Of a DNA stretch of 64,000 nt, positions 48,908-58,310 are shown piece by piece; within the stretch, counting starts at the first letter, position 1, and every line of letters begins with the position of its first letter. The stretch is taken from the sequence record SRR20825006_652; one strand, written 5' to 3'. Made by a program: the position numbers and the translations under genes. A model generated the notes under the pieces. The model searched no databases and was not told the origin of the DNA. It saw nothing but the letters and a program-made list of their open reading frames with translations.

Positions 48908-51900
48908 ATGTTTAAGATATTTATTGATAGACCCGTTCTATCAACCGTGATTTCTATACTAATCACCATTTTGGGTGTACTTGGATTATCCTCGTTGCCT
49001 GTAGAACAGTATCCCGATATCGCACCTCCTACCATTCAGGTAACAGCGAATTATACTGGTGCAAATGCTGAAACCGTACTAAATAGTGTGGTTGTACCTC
49101 TTGAAGAGGAAATTAATGGTGTTGAGGGGATGTCTTACATCACTTCAATAGCAAGTAACGATGGTAGAGCTACCATAAGCGTATTTTTTGAGCTTGGTGT
49201 AGATCCTGATATTGCAGCTGTAAACGTTCAAAACAGAGTTGCAAAAGCTAATAACAGGCTTCCTGCGGCAGTGGTTGCAACAGGTGTTACCACTGTAAAA
49301 AGTCAGACTAGTGCATTAATGTTTGTGTCAATATTCTCGGAAAACCCAGAATATGATGACATCTTTGTGCAGAACTACGCAAGTATCAACATTGTTCCAA
49401 AACTACAGCGCGTGAAAGGTGTTGGACAGGTTGGAGTGTTGGGTTCAAAAGAATATTCAATGCGTGTTTGGATTGATCCAGATAAAATGGCGGCTTACGA
49501 TGTTGTTCCTGCGGATGTGCAAGCAGCCCTTAGAGAACAAAACTTAGAAGCAGCGATTGGTAAGTTTGGCGAAAATGCGCAAGGCGTGTATGAGTACGTA
49601 ATAAAGTACAAAGGTCGTTTAGCTGAAATCGAAGAGTACGAGAACATCATTGTAAAGTCGGACGGAAATGGAAATTTCTTAAGGCTGAAGGATGTAGCTA
49701 CTATAGAGTTGGGTGGACTTAGTTACGGCTCAAATAACTTCGGGAATGGTAATCCTGGTGTGGCAATGGCTGTTTATCAAGCGGCGGGTTCTAATGCCCA
49801 AACCATTGTAGAAGAAGTGATGCAAATCCTTGAGGATAGTCGTCCTGATTTTCCAAAAGGCTTAGATTATGTGATTCCTTTCAACACAAAGACTTTCTTA
49901 GATGCCTCCATCGAAAAAGTAATAAGCACTTTGTTTGAAGCATTTATACTAGTGTTCATTGTAGTATTTGTGTTCTTGCAGGATTTTCGATCAACGTTAA
50001 TTCCTCTTATAGCTGTTCCTGTAGCCATAATAGGTACATTTTTCTTTCTCGATCTTTTTGGATACACCATAAACATGCTAACACTATTTGCCATGGTGCT
50101 CGCCATTGGTATTGTAGTGGATGATGCCATTGTGGTTGTTGAGGCTGTTCATGCCAAACTTCAGCATGGTGTGCAATCTGCTAAAGAAGCTACGTATTCT
50201 GCAATGAGCGAGATTACCGGCGCTATTATTTCTATCACGTTGGTGATGTCTGCGGTGTTTGTTCCGGTTACTTTTATCCAAGGTTCATCTGGAGTTTTCT
50301 ACCAACAGTTTGCGATTACCTTGGCAATTGCCATCCTCATTTCCGCAGTAAATGCGTTGACGTTAAGCCCTGCTTTGTGTGCGCTTTTACTAAAACCTCA
50401 TAATGAAACTCCAGAAGAGAAGAAAAACCTCAAAGAGCGTTTGTATACTGCTTTTAACGTAAGTTTTGATGCTTTTTCCAGAAAGTATACCAACATAGTT
50501 TACTTCTTATTAAACCGTAAATGGATTGCTGTTGGTGGGCTAGCTTTATCGATAGTGGTTGCTATTATTCTATTCCAAACTACTTCAACTGGATTTATTC
50601 CTGCTGAGGATAGAGGAATTATTATGGGTGATATTACATTACCTCCAGGTTCAACAATGGAGCAAACTCAGAAAGTAGTAGATGAGTTTGATAAAATGAT
50701 AAGCTCAATGGACATCGTTGAAATGCGTATGAACATTGTTGGTTTTAGCATCCTTAATAGAATTAATGGTGGTTCATATGCTTTTGCCGTAATTAAGCTA
50801 AAAGATTGGGATGAAAGAACGGATGATAGCGAAACAGTTCAAGCGGTAGTTCAAGAATTATTCAAGAGAACGGCAAGTATAAAAGAAGCTAAATTTTTGT
50901 TCTTTATGCCCCCTAGTGTTCGTGGTTTTGGTAATACAGATGGTTTTGAGTTCAAACTTCAGGATAAGGGTGATAACAGCTGGCAAGATATCAACAAGGT
51001 ATCGGGCTCGTTTTTACAAGCACTTAATGCTCGCCCAGAAGTTCAGTACGCGATTACCAACTTCAACCCGAATTTCCCACAATATCAGCTTGACGTGAAC
51101 TTGGAGAAATTAAAGGATGCCGGCCTAAGTCTAAGTAGTGTGTTCAATACATTACAAGGTTATTATGGCGGATTGTACACTACCGATTTCAATAGATTTG
51201 GTAAGCAATACCGAGTGATGATTCAGGCAAAACCTGAAGATAGAGATACTCCAGAAACGCTCGACAAAATCTTTGCTCGAAATGACAAAGGCGAAATGGT
51301 AAGCATTAGTCAGTTTGTGAGTATAGAGCGAATTTATGGTCCTGAATATGTTTCTCGATACAATCTCCTTAAATCAATCGATATCACAGGAAAGGCAAAT
51401 CCTGGTTATAGTACTGGGGATGCGATTGCAGCCGTTCGAGAAGTTGCCGCAGAACAATTGACAAATAGTTATGGCTTTGAGTTCTCTGGATTAACTCGTG
51501 AGGAAATTAGATCGGGTGGACAGGCAACAGGAATTTTCCTATTGAGTTTAATCTTTGTGTATTTCCTACTTGCAGCGCAATACGAAAGTTATATTCTGCC
51601 TCTTTCAATTATTCTTTCTATTCCGGTTGGTGTTGCAGGAGCTATCGCTTTTATAAACATAGCTGGGTTAGAGAATAACATCTATTTCCAAGTAGCGCTG
51701 ATAATGCTTATTGGTTTGCTGGCTAAAAATGCCATCCTAGTAGTAGAATTTGCACTCCAAAGGCGTAAGCAAGGCATGTCGCTTGTGCGAGCCGCTGAAG
51801 AAGGAGCAAGAGCTCGTCTTCGCCCAATTCTGATGACATCGTTTGCCTTTATTCTAGGTCTATTTCCTCTTGCCTTTGCAAGTGGTGTTGGCGCCGTAGG

Positions 51901-52048
51901 TAACCGATCAATTGGTATGGGTGCTGTAGGCGGTATGTTTGTGGGCACAATGTTAGGATTATTAGTAATCCCTGTGCTGTTCGTGATTTTTCAAAATCTT
52001 CAAGAAAAGATTAGTGGAAAGCCGTTTTCGGAAGAAACTGAATCTTGA
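48908..52048 (+). CDS. RND efflux permease (HAE1/AcrB family)
   Basis: FIDRPV, QYPDIAPP, GIVVDDAIVVVE, GLLAKNAIL and RLRPILMTS motifs. Confidence 0.96.
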   Translation: MFKIFIDRPVLSTVISILITILGVLGLSSLPVEQYPDIAPPTIQVTANYTGANAETVLNSVVVPLEEEINGVEGMSYITSIASNDGRATISVFFELGVDPDIAAVNVQNRVAKANNRLPAAVVATGVTTVKSQTSALMFVSIFSENPEYDDIFVQNYASINIVPKLQRVKGVGQVGVLGSKEYSMRVWIDPDKMAAYDVVPADVQAALREQNLEAAIGKFGENAQGVYEYVIKYKGRLAEIEEYENIIVKSDGNGNFLRLKDVATIELGGLSYGSNNFGNGNPGVAMAVYQAAGSNAQTIVEEVMQILEDSRPDFPKGLDYVIPFNTKTFLDASIEKVISTLFEAFILVFIVVFVFLQDFRSTLIPLIAVPVAIIGTFFFLDLFGYTINMLTLFAMVLAIGIVVDDAIVVVEAVHAKLQHGVQSAKEATYSAMSEITGAIISITLVMSAVFVPVTFIQGSSGVFYQQFAITLAIAILISAVNALTLSPALCALLLKPHNETPEEKKNLKERLYTAFNVSFDAFSRKYTNIVYFLLNRKWIAVGGLALSIVVAIILFQTTSTGFIPAEDRGIIMGDITLPPGSTMEQTQKVVDEFDKMISSMDIVEMRMNIVGFSILNRINGGSYAFAVIKLKDWDERTDDSETVQAVVQELFKRTASIKEAKFLFFMPPSVRGFGNTDGFEFKLQDKGDNSWQDINKVSGSFLQALNARPEVQYAITNFNPNFPQYQLDVNLEKLKDAGLSLSSVFNTLQGYYGGLYTTDFNRFGKQYRVMIQAKPEDRDTPETLDKIFARNDKGEMVSISQFVSIERIYGPEYVSRYNLLKSIDITGKANPGYSTGDAIAAVREVAAEQLTNSYGFEFSGLTREEIRSGGQATGIFLLSLIFVYFLLAAQYESYILPLSIILSIPVGVAGAIAFINIAGLENNIYFQVALIMLIGLLAKNAILVVEFALQRRKQGMSLVRAAEEGARARLRPILMTSFAFILGLFPLAFASGVGAVGNRSIGMGAVGGMFVGTMLGLLVIPVLFVIFQNLQEKISGKPFSEETES

Positions 52049-52071
52049 TAAAATTTTATTCCTAGATGTAC

Positions 52072-53457
52072 ATGAAAAAATTAAATAACTATAAAATGTT
52101 AATCTTAGTTGTCGCCGCATTTACAATGCAATCGTGCTTGGCAACTAAGAATTATGAAAGTCCTGAAGTAGAGGCTGAAAACCTCTACAGGACAGACATT
52201 GAATTGGATAGCACAACGCTGGCAGATGTGCCTTGGGAGGAACTGTTTACAGATTCTCACCTTCAGGGTTATATTCAGCAAGGCTTGGATAGTAACTACG
52301 ATTTGCAAATTGCGGTCCAAAGCTTAGAAGCAGCCACAGCGCAAATGAAACAAGGGAAAGCCGAGTATTTTCCAACTATTAATGCTAATGGATCTTGGGT
52401 TCGCCAAGAAACTTCAGAAAATGGAACCTATGGAGGTGGCACTATTGAGCAATTCCAGCTTGGTGGCGCGGCTACGTGGGAACTGGATATTTGGGGAAAG
52501 CTAAATAGTACTAATAAAGCTGCAATGGCTAATTATTTGCAGAGCGCGGCAGCTAGACAAGCCGTACAAACTCAAATAATTTCAGCAATATCGTCAACCT
52601 ACTACCAGCTCTTAGCTTTAGATGCTCAAGTACTAGTTGCCAAAGAGAACTTGAAGAACCGAGTTCGTGGTGTTGAAGTCATCAAATCTTTAAAAGAATC
52701 TGGTGATGTAAATGAGATTGCCGTAAAACAAACGGAAGCTCAGAAACTGGGTACTCAGATTATCCTTGAGGATTTAAAGTACAATGTGAAGGTTTTAGAA
52801 AATACTTTAAGCATTCTAATTGGAAAAACACCTGATACGATAGAAAGAGGTGTTTTCAAAGATCAAGAAATCACGGTAGATATCAAGCCTGGTTTGCCAG
52901 CTTTGTTATTGAGTAAACGGCCGGATGTTGTAAGTGCAGAAATGAACTTTAGACGTACTTTTGAACTAACAAATGTTGCCAGAAGTAAGTTTTATCCATC
53001 TATCAAGCTTAGCGCCGAAGGTGGACTTCAGAGTCTCGATTTCTCTAACTTATTTAATGATAAATCGATATTTGGTAATTTGAGTGCAGGATTAACACAG
53101 CCTATTTTCAACCGAAGGGCGATTAAAACGGAGTATGAAGTTTCTCAGGCTAATCAACAAAAAGCATATTTACAATATGAGAAAGCCATGCTAACAGCTG
53201 GTAAAGAAGTATCTGATGCTTTAGCTGATTACGAAAATGAAACAGTAAAACTTACAGTTAGAACTGAACAGTTGGATGCCTTAAAGCAGGCTTCAGAATA
53301 CTCGGAGCAACTGCTCGAGTTCGGAAGGATTAATTATCTGGAAGTGTTAACGGTAAAAGACAATGTGCTAAATTCAGAGCTACAATTGATTAGTAATAAG
53401 TTTAATCAACTGAATGCTGTAATTACATTATATCGTTCACTTGGTGGCGGTGTTTAG
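52072..53457 (+). CDS. Outer membrane factor lipoprotein (NodT/TolC family)
   Basis: Lipobox MQSC, WELDIWGK, RPDV and LYRSLGGG motifs; start 52066 or 52072. Confidence 0.93.
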   Translation: MKKLNNYKMLILVVAAFTMQSCLATKNYESPEVEAENLYRTDIELDSTTLADVPWEELFTDSHLQGYIQQGLDSNYDLQIAVQSLEAATAQMKQGKAEYFPTINANGSWVRQETSENGTYGGGTIEQFQLGGAATWELDIWGKLNSTNKAAMANYLQSAAARQAVQTQIISAISSTYYQLLALDAQVLVAKENLKNRVRGVEVIKSLKESGDVNEIAVKQTEAQKLGTQIILEDLKYNVKVLENTLSILIGKTPDTIERGVFKDQEITVDIKPGLPALLLSKRPDVVSAEMNFRRTFELTNVARSKFYPSIKLSAEGGLQSLDFSNLFNDKSIFGNLSAGLTQPIFNRRAIKTEYEVSQANQQKAYLQYEKAMLTAGKEVSDALADYENETVKLTVRTEQLDALKQASEYSEQLLEFGRINYLEVLTVKDNVLNSELQLISNKFNQLNAVITLYRSLGGGV

Positions 53458-53489
53458 ATAACTTAAGCACGAAGTATCAACCAAATTTT

Positions 53490-53522
53490 AAAAAGCTCTG
53501 TTGTAACAACAGGGCTTTTTTT
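53490..53522. terminator. Intrinsic terminator, probably bidirectional
   Basis: AAAAAGCTCTGTTG-TAA-CAACAGGGCTTTTTTT. Confidence 0.85.
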
Positions 53523-53541
53523 ATGTCCATAAAGGGCTAGA

Positions 53542-53703
53542 TCAGTCATTTTTAGCAATAACCCAAATAGCATGGATGATGCCAGGTATAAAGCCAAGAA
53601 GGGTAAGCAGGATGTTAATCCAAAAAGCAGGTTTGATACCAACAGTGAAAAATACACCTAGAGGTGGAAGAATGATGGCGAAGATAATTCTAAGAATACT
53701 CAT
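53542..53703 (-). CDS. YqaE/Pmp3 family small membrane protein
   Basis: Read manually (absent from ORF track): MSILRIIFAIILPPLGVFFTVGIKPAFWINILLTLLGFIPGIIHAIWVIAKND*, 53 aa. Confidence 0.93.
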   Translation of the reverse strand: MSILRIIFAIILPPLGVFFTVGIKPAFWINILLTLLGFIPGIIHAIWVIAKND

Positions 53704-53787
53704 GAGATTGTGTTTTGTGAGCTATTGCAGCGAAGTATCATAATAGTAGATACGCTAGAGTTTGCCAAATAATCTAGACTTCCATCC

Positions 53788-53820
53788 AAAAAAAAAGCCA
53801 CACTCATTGAGTATGGCTTT
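53788..53820 (-). terminator. Intrinsic terminator after secG
   Basis: Minus strand AAAGCCATACTC-AAT-GAGTGTGGC followed by T9. Confidence 0.8.
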
Positions 53821-53845
53821 ATAAATTCAATATAGAAGGAAAGTA

Positions 53846-54223
53846 TTAGTTTTCGCCTTCAGTCGAGCCAGAAGCATCGTCGTTAGCAGGTGGTAATACC
53901 GGAACTGCTGAGTTAGTTTGTGCAGGTGCGCTAATATCGGGAGCGCCCGCGCCATCTTGGAGTACACTTCTATTTACGGTTCCTCTATCAATTGCAAAAT
54001 TAGCAAGAACACATAACACTAGAAATGAGCCGCCAAAAATACTAGTAGCTTTAGAAAGTAAATCGGCTGTGCGACGTGCACCTAAACCAGAATTTCCACC
54101 TAAAGAGCCGCCACCGCCGCCCATTCCAGAAAGACCTTCGCCTTGTCCGTTTTGTAATAGTACTACTAGGATAAGTAGAGCACAGATTAAAGTAATTACG
54201 CCGATGATTATATTATAAAGCAT
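53846..54223 (-). CDS. secG: Preprotein translocase subunit SecG
   Basis: TM-VLLQ..G.GL Gly-rich loop, then LSKATS-TM pattern. Confidence 0.9.
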   Translation of the reverse strand: MLYNIIIGVITLICALLILVVLLQNGQGEGLSGMGGGGGSLGGNSGLGARRTADLLSKATSIFGGSFLVLCVLANFAIDRGTVNRSVLQDGAGAPDISAPAQTNSAVPVLPPANDDASGSTEGEN

Positions 54224-54323
54224 TTTTTAATTTCTTAAATTATTCCAGAAGAGTGCAAAGATATTCAAATTTAGATACTATCCCAAGTAAAAGCTCTTTA
54301 AGAAATGCAGTTAAGGTAAATTT

Positions 54324-55244
54324 ATGCAAGATATTGGTTTAAATATCGAAGAATTCCTTGAAAACTCGCCAAATCTGTCGACAAATGTTCTCAAGTCGTT
54401 GGGGTTGGTTCTATTTTTATGGCTAGCTCGTATTATAATTTTGAAATTTGTCTATCGAAATGTAGATAGCAAAAAGGCGCAGTATAGGTGGCGGAAAAAC
54501 CTAACTTATACTTCTTCAATTCTAGGAATACTGTTTATCATCCAAATTTGGTACACTGGAATTAGAGATTGGGCAACATTTTTAGGTTTACTTTCAGCGG
54601 GTATTGCCATCGCCTTAAAAGATCCTGTAACAGATTTAGCAGCTTGGCTTTTTCTTATATGGAGAAAACCTTTCAATGTTGGAGATAGAATTGAGATAGG
54701 AAGCTCTAAAGGCGATGTGATTGATGTCCGCCCGTTTAAATTTACGTTGTTAGAAATTGGGAATTGGGTGCATGCCGACCAAAGTACCGGGCGTATTATT
54801 CATGTGCCCAATCATAAAATATTCACGGAACATTTAGCCAATTATACAGGTGATTTTGAATTTATATGGAATGAAATACAAGTGCTTGTTACTTTTGAAA
54901 GTGATTGGAAAAAGGCAAAGAAAATATTAGAAACTATTACCAATGAAGAGTCTGCTAGTTTTATAGAATACGCTAAAGAACAAGTTAAAAGAGCTTCAAA
55001 ATCGTACTTAATCGAGTATAAATACTTAACGCCCATTGTTTACACAGATGTGAAAGATAGCGGGATAAATCTTTCGATTAGATATTTAACCGACCCTAGA
55101 AAAAGGCGTGGTTCTTCTCAAATAATTTGGGAACGTATACTCGACGAGTTCGAACAATTACCTGATATCGATTTTGCTTACCCAACTATCCGCTATTATG
55201 ATAACCCAAAAGAAGGGAAGTCAGGCAAAGACAAGAAAGATTGA
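54324..55244 (+). CDS. MscS family mechanosensitive channel
   Basis: GLLSAGIAIALKD, PFNVGDRIEIG..GDVIDV and FAYPT motifs. Confidence 0.9.
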   Translation: MQDIGLNIEEFLENSPNLSTNVLKSLGLVLFLWLARIIILKFVYRNVDSKKAQYRWRKNLTYTSSILGILFIIQIWYTGIRDWATFLGLLSAGIAIALKDPVTDLAAWLFLIWRKPFNVGDRIEIGSSKGDVIDVRPFKFTLLEIGNWVHADQSTGRIIHVPNHKIFTEHLANYTGDFEFIWNEIQVLVTFESDWKKAKKILETITNEESASFIEYAKEQVKRASKSYLIEYKYLTPIVYTDVKDSGINLSIRYLTDPRKRRGSSQIIWERILDEFEQLPDIDFAYPTIRYYDNPKEGKSGKDKKD

Positions 55245-55245
55245 A

Positions 55246-55731
55246 TCACTTAAAAATCAGTGTCTTTTTAGTAGTTCCTTTTTTAAGAATGGCACTCAAC
55301 TTCTTACCGCCTACTTGGGTGCGTACAATATTATTTTGAAGTTCGAACAGTTCTAGGAAAACAGTAGATGAAACTTCAATCATATGTGGGGTTTCAACTG
55401 GTTGAGATTCGAAATAGCACCAGATAGCTTCAAGTTCAGTTTCCTTTCCAATATAATTTAACTCTAAAGGTTCGCCGTCTGAGATTAGACTGAAGTGCTT
55501 CTGAAAGTATTCTGTAATAAGCGAATCTACTTTTGGAAGTTCATTTGGTTTGCCAATAAAAAAATCCTGCTGGCTTTCTGCTTGTAACGCTAGTTCAATA
55601 TCCGTAGCAAAAGCCTTTACCGCAATTTGAACGGTTCTAGTGTCTGCATTATGTGAAACCTCAAATATGCTTACATAATAGGGGTGTAGAAAAAGGCTGG
55701 AAGCAATAAAAATGGAAACTAGAATATGCAT
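55246..55731 (-). CDS. DUF6702 family protein
   Basis: Signal peptide then HPYYVS, F..DIE and QNNIV motifs. Confidence 0.7.
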   Translation of the reverse strand: MHILVSIFIASSLFLHPYYVSIFEVSHNADTRTVQIAVKAFATDIELALQAESQQDFFIGKPNELPKVDSLITEYFQKHFSLISDGEPLELNYIGKETELEAIWCYFESQPVETPHMIEVSSTVFLELFELQNNIVRTQVGGKKLSAILKKGTTKKTLIFK

Positions 55732-55913
55732 AACTCTTAAGAAGATGTAATCAGTGTTGTATTGGTGCTAAAGAGTAAAACCCTCTAAGATTGTTTTTAT
55801 CATAACTAATCTTTAACGCTTGGGTAACATTAATTCATGATTATGAACGGTGCATACATGATACACTCTATGCATTTCGAGAACTGTTATTTTTAAGTAA
55901 ACAAATTACTTCA

Positions 55914-56504
55914 TTGAACGAATTAATTACCTACATACAACTAGGCTTTGAACATATTTCAGATTTAAGTGCCTACGATCATATCGTTTTTATTATCGCC
56001 CTAACAGCTATTTATCGGCTTAAAGATGTTAAAGTTATTTTCTGGTTAGTTTCGGCATTTACGGTTGGCCATTCTTTGAGCTTGGCATTAGCTACTTTGA
56101 AAATAGTGACGGTGTCATCTGCTATAATCGAATTTTTGATTCCCGTTACTATACTAAGCACGGCAATTTATAATGTGTATATAAAAGGGCGCGATGGAGT
56201 AGAGCTTAAAAGCTCAAATCGAATTACGTATGGAATTGCCATTATATTTGGGCTAATTCATGGCCTCGGATTCTCAAATTATCTCCAAATGTTACTCGGT
56301 TCCGAAGCCAATATTATACTCCCACTTCTGTCGTTTAATATTGGGTTGGAACTTGGTCAGCTGTTAATTGTAGCGGTTATTCTAGGAATAATGTTTATTG
56401 CTGAACGAGTGTTAAAAATGAAACAAAGCGAATGGGTGCTGTTTCTAAGTGGGGCAGCCGCTGGTATTTCCATAATACTAATGCAGCAAACTAAATTCTG
56501 GTAA
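55914..56504 (+). CDS. HupE/UreJ family membrane protein
   Basis: LGFEHI..YDHIVF, AFTVGHSLSL, FGLIHGLGF and FNIGLELGQ motifs; TTG start. Confidence 0.87.
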   Translation: MNELITYIQLGFEHISDLSAYDHIVFIIALTAIYRLKDVKVIFWLVSAFTVGHSLSLALATLKIVTVSSAIIEFLIPVTILSTAIYNVYIKGRDGVELKSSNRITYGIAIIFGLIHGLGFSNYLQMLLGSEANIILPLLSFNIGLELGQLLIVAVILGIMFIAERVLKMKQSEWVLFLSGAAAGISIILMQQTKFW

Positions 56505-56545
56505 TAGCATTCGGTCGTCTATTCAAGTAATACTCCGAAAAAGAT

Positions 56546-57208
56546 CTAATCGTCTTCTCGAAGTTTGGGGATGGGTTGGATAAGCTCTTTAGAATTTTGA
56601 GAGGGATCGTTAACTAAATCTGGCACACGATAAACAGCCAAATCTGGTATTAGAGCGGTATCTTTGAACTTTGAGGCGATAATATTTTTTATATCTCCAT
56701 TTAGCCAAGCGTTGAAGTCTGCAGGTTCCAATACACAAGGCATGGTTTCTTCAAGTGGTTTTAAAAGAACATTTGCAGGCATAGTTAAAACTGCAAACTG
56801 AATGCTTGAGTTGCCATGCTTATCAATAATTTCAGAATAGAATCCAGCTAAACCAAGTACAGGCAAAGAAAGGCGACGTACGTAAAATGGTAGAGGATCA
56901 TTAACGGTTTTCTTCCACATATAAAATCCGCTGGCAGGAATGATACATGGATGTGCTTGTACCGAAGTTGCTAACTTTGTGTTATTAAGAATAGCGTCTT
57001 TATCAATTGCTGAGGTAGTAACACCCTTTTTTTCTGAAATCCCCCAAATGCCCTTTTTAATAATTCGAAGATTTGTATTTAGAACAACGGGCATCAATGA
57101 GTTAGGGAAGACATTGAACGCGGTAGTATACATCGAATCGGAATTAGATTGAACTGCAAAAGTACGTTCTATAATTTCTTTGTCAGCATTTAACACATAT
57201 CTTAGCAT
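56546..57208 (-). CDS. SRAP/YedK (HMCES-like) family protein, catalytic residues absent
   Basis: FNVFP..MPVV, CIIPASGFYMW, GLAGF and MPCVL..WL fold motifs; N-terminus is MLRY rather than MCGR. Confidence 0.8.
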   Translation of the reverse strand: MLRYVLNADKEIIERTFAVQSNSDSMYTTAFNVFPNSLMPVVLNTNLRIIKKGIWGISEKKGVTTSAIDKDAILNNTKLATSVQAHPCIIPASGFYMWKKTVNDPLPFYVRRLSLPVLGLAGFYSEIIDKHGNSSIQFAVLTMPANVLLKPLEETMPCVLEPADFNAWLNGDIKNIIASKFKDTALIPDLAVYRVPDLVNDPSQNSKELIQPIPKLREDD

Positions 57209-57280
57209 AGCAGTAAATTTTAATAGTCAGTTTATATTGTCAATCAATGTATAGACAACTCCAATTGCAACACTCTTAGT

Positions 57281-58216
57281 ATGAATCCTTTTTATAATGT
57301 GCAAGAAAATAGGTTTCGAGCTGGTATTCGAATTCTTCTTTACCTGCTCCTCACTACAATTTTTGCTTTTTCAGCGGAGTTTGTAAATCACATAGCGTTA
57401 AAATACATTGCACTTTCTATCGCCTTCTTTTTAGCCGTTTATTTGGCGGCTACAGGTTTAGATAAAAGAAAGTTATCTGGTGTGGGACTTGAATGGAGCC
57501 GTAAATGGAAGAAGGAATTTCTACTGGGTGTTGTGATGGCTTTTGTAGCACAAACAGTCATATTTCTAATTGAATGGCAAAGTGGTTGGATAGAAATTAC
57601 AGGCTTAGGTTGGCAAAGAGTAGACGAAGAATTCTGGATTTTTTCAATACTTTTTGTACTCATTCAAATGCTCTCGGTGGGTTTTTACGAAGAAGTTCTA
57701 TTTCGTGGATATCCCGTTCGTAATTTGGCAGAGGGATTTACTCTTGGGAAATTAAGTCCAAAAGTTGGGGTGGTAATTGCGGTGTTTTTTACTTCTTCAT
57801 TGTTTGGTATTGCTCATGCAACAAACGCTAATGCGAGTTTAATCTCTACCTCAAATATAGTGCTAGCGGGGTTTATGCTAGCCTTACCTTATATATTAAC
57901 GGGGCGGTTGGCTCTTTCAATCGGAATTCATTTCTCTTGGAATTTTGTAATGGGTGGAATTTATGGGTTACCTGTCAGCGGAACCACCGTTCGCAGATCG
58001 TTGATACAAGTTCAGGAAGTGGGGCCAGATATTTTTACAGGAGGCAAATTTGGCCCTGAGGCTGGTATTCTTGGTATTCTCGGAATGTTAATCATTTCGT
58101 TCTGGGTGTATATATATCAAAAGAAAATGGAAGGAAAAGTGAGTATTCATCATTCATTTCAAAAAAAATATCTTCTAGAAAGAGAAAGTTTTCACGGAAA
58201 AGATGAGCTTGCTTAA
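57281..58216 (+). CDS. CPBP (Abi/CAAX) intramembrane glutamic endopeptidase
   Basis: EEVLFRGY, FGIAH and HFSWN motifs. Confidence 0.9.
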   Translation: MNPFYNVQENRFRAGIRILLYLLLTTIFAFSAEFVNHIALKYIALSIAFFLAVYLAATGLDKRKLSGVGLEWSRKWKKEFLLGVVMAFVAQTVIFLIEWQSGWIEITGLGWQRVDEEFWIFSILFVLIQMLSVGFYEEVLFRGYPVRNLAEGFTLGKLSPKVGVVIAVFFTSSLFGIAHATNANASLISTSNIVLAGFMLALPYILTGRLALSIGIHFSWNFVMGGIYGLPVSGTTVRRSLIQVQEVGPDIFTGGKFGPEAGILGILGMLIISFWVYIYQKKMEGKVSIHHSFQKKYLLERESFHGKDELA

Positions 58217-58310
58217 CAACTTTCGTATATTCAAAAAATCTGAGCCATGTGGCCTAGATATCGATCTTTGAAAATTGAACTATAACGCCAAAAGAAGAAG
58301 AGGTGTAACA

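Noticed and set aside
53463-53657. 64 aa ORF from the track
   Set aside because: It runs through a terminator and overlaps the real YqaE/Pmp3 gene in another frame
57281-58216. Abortive-infection defence gene
   Set aside because: The Abi label of CPBP proteases does not imply phage defence, and the context is not a defence island
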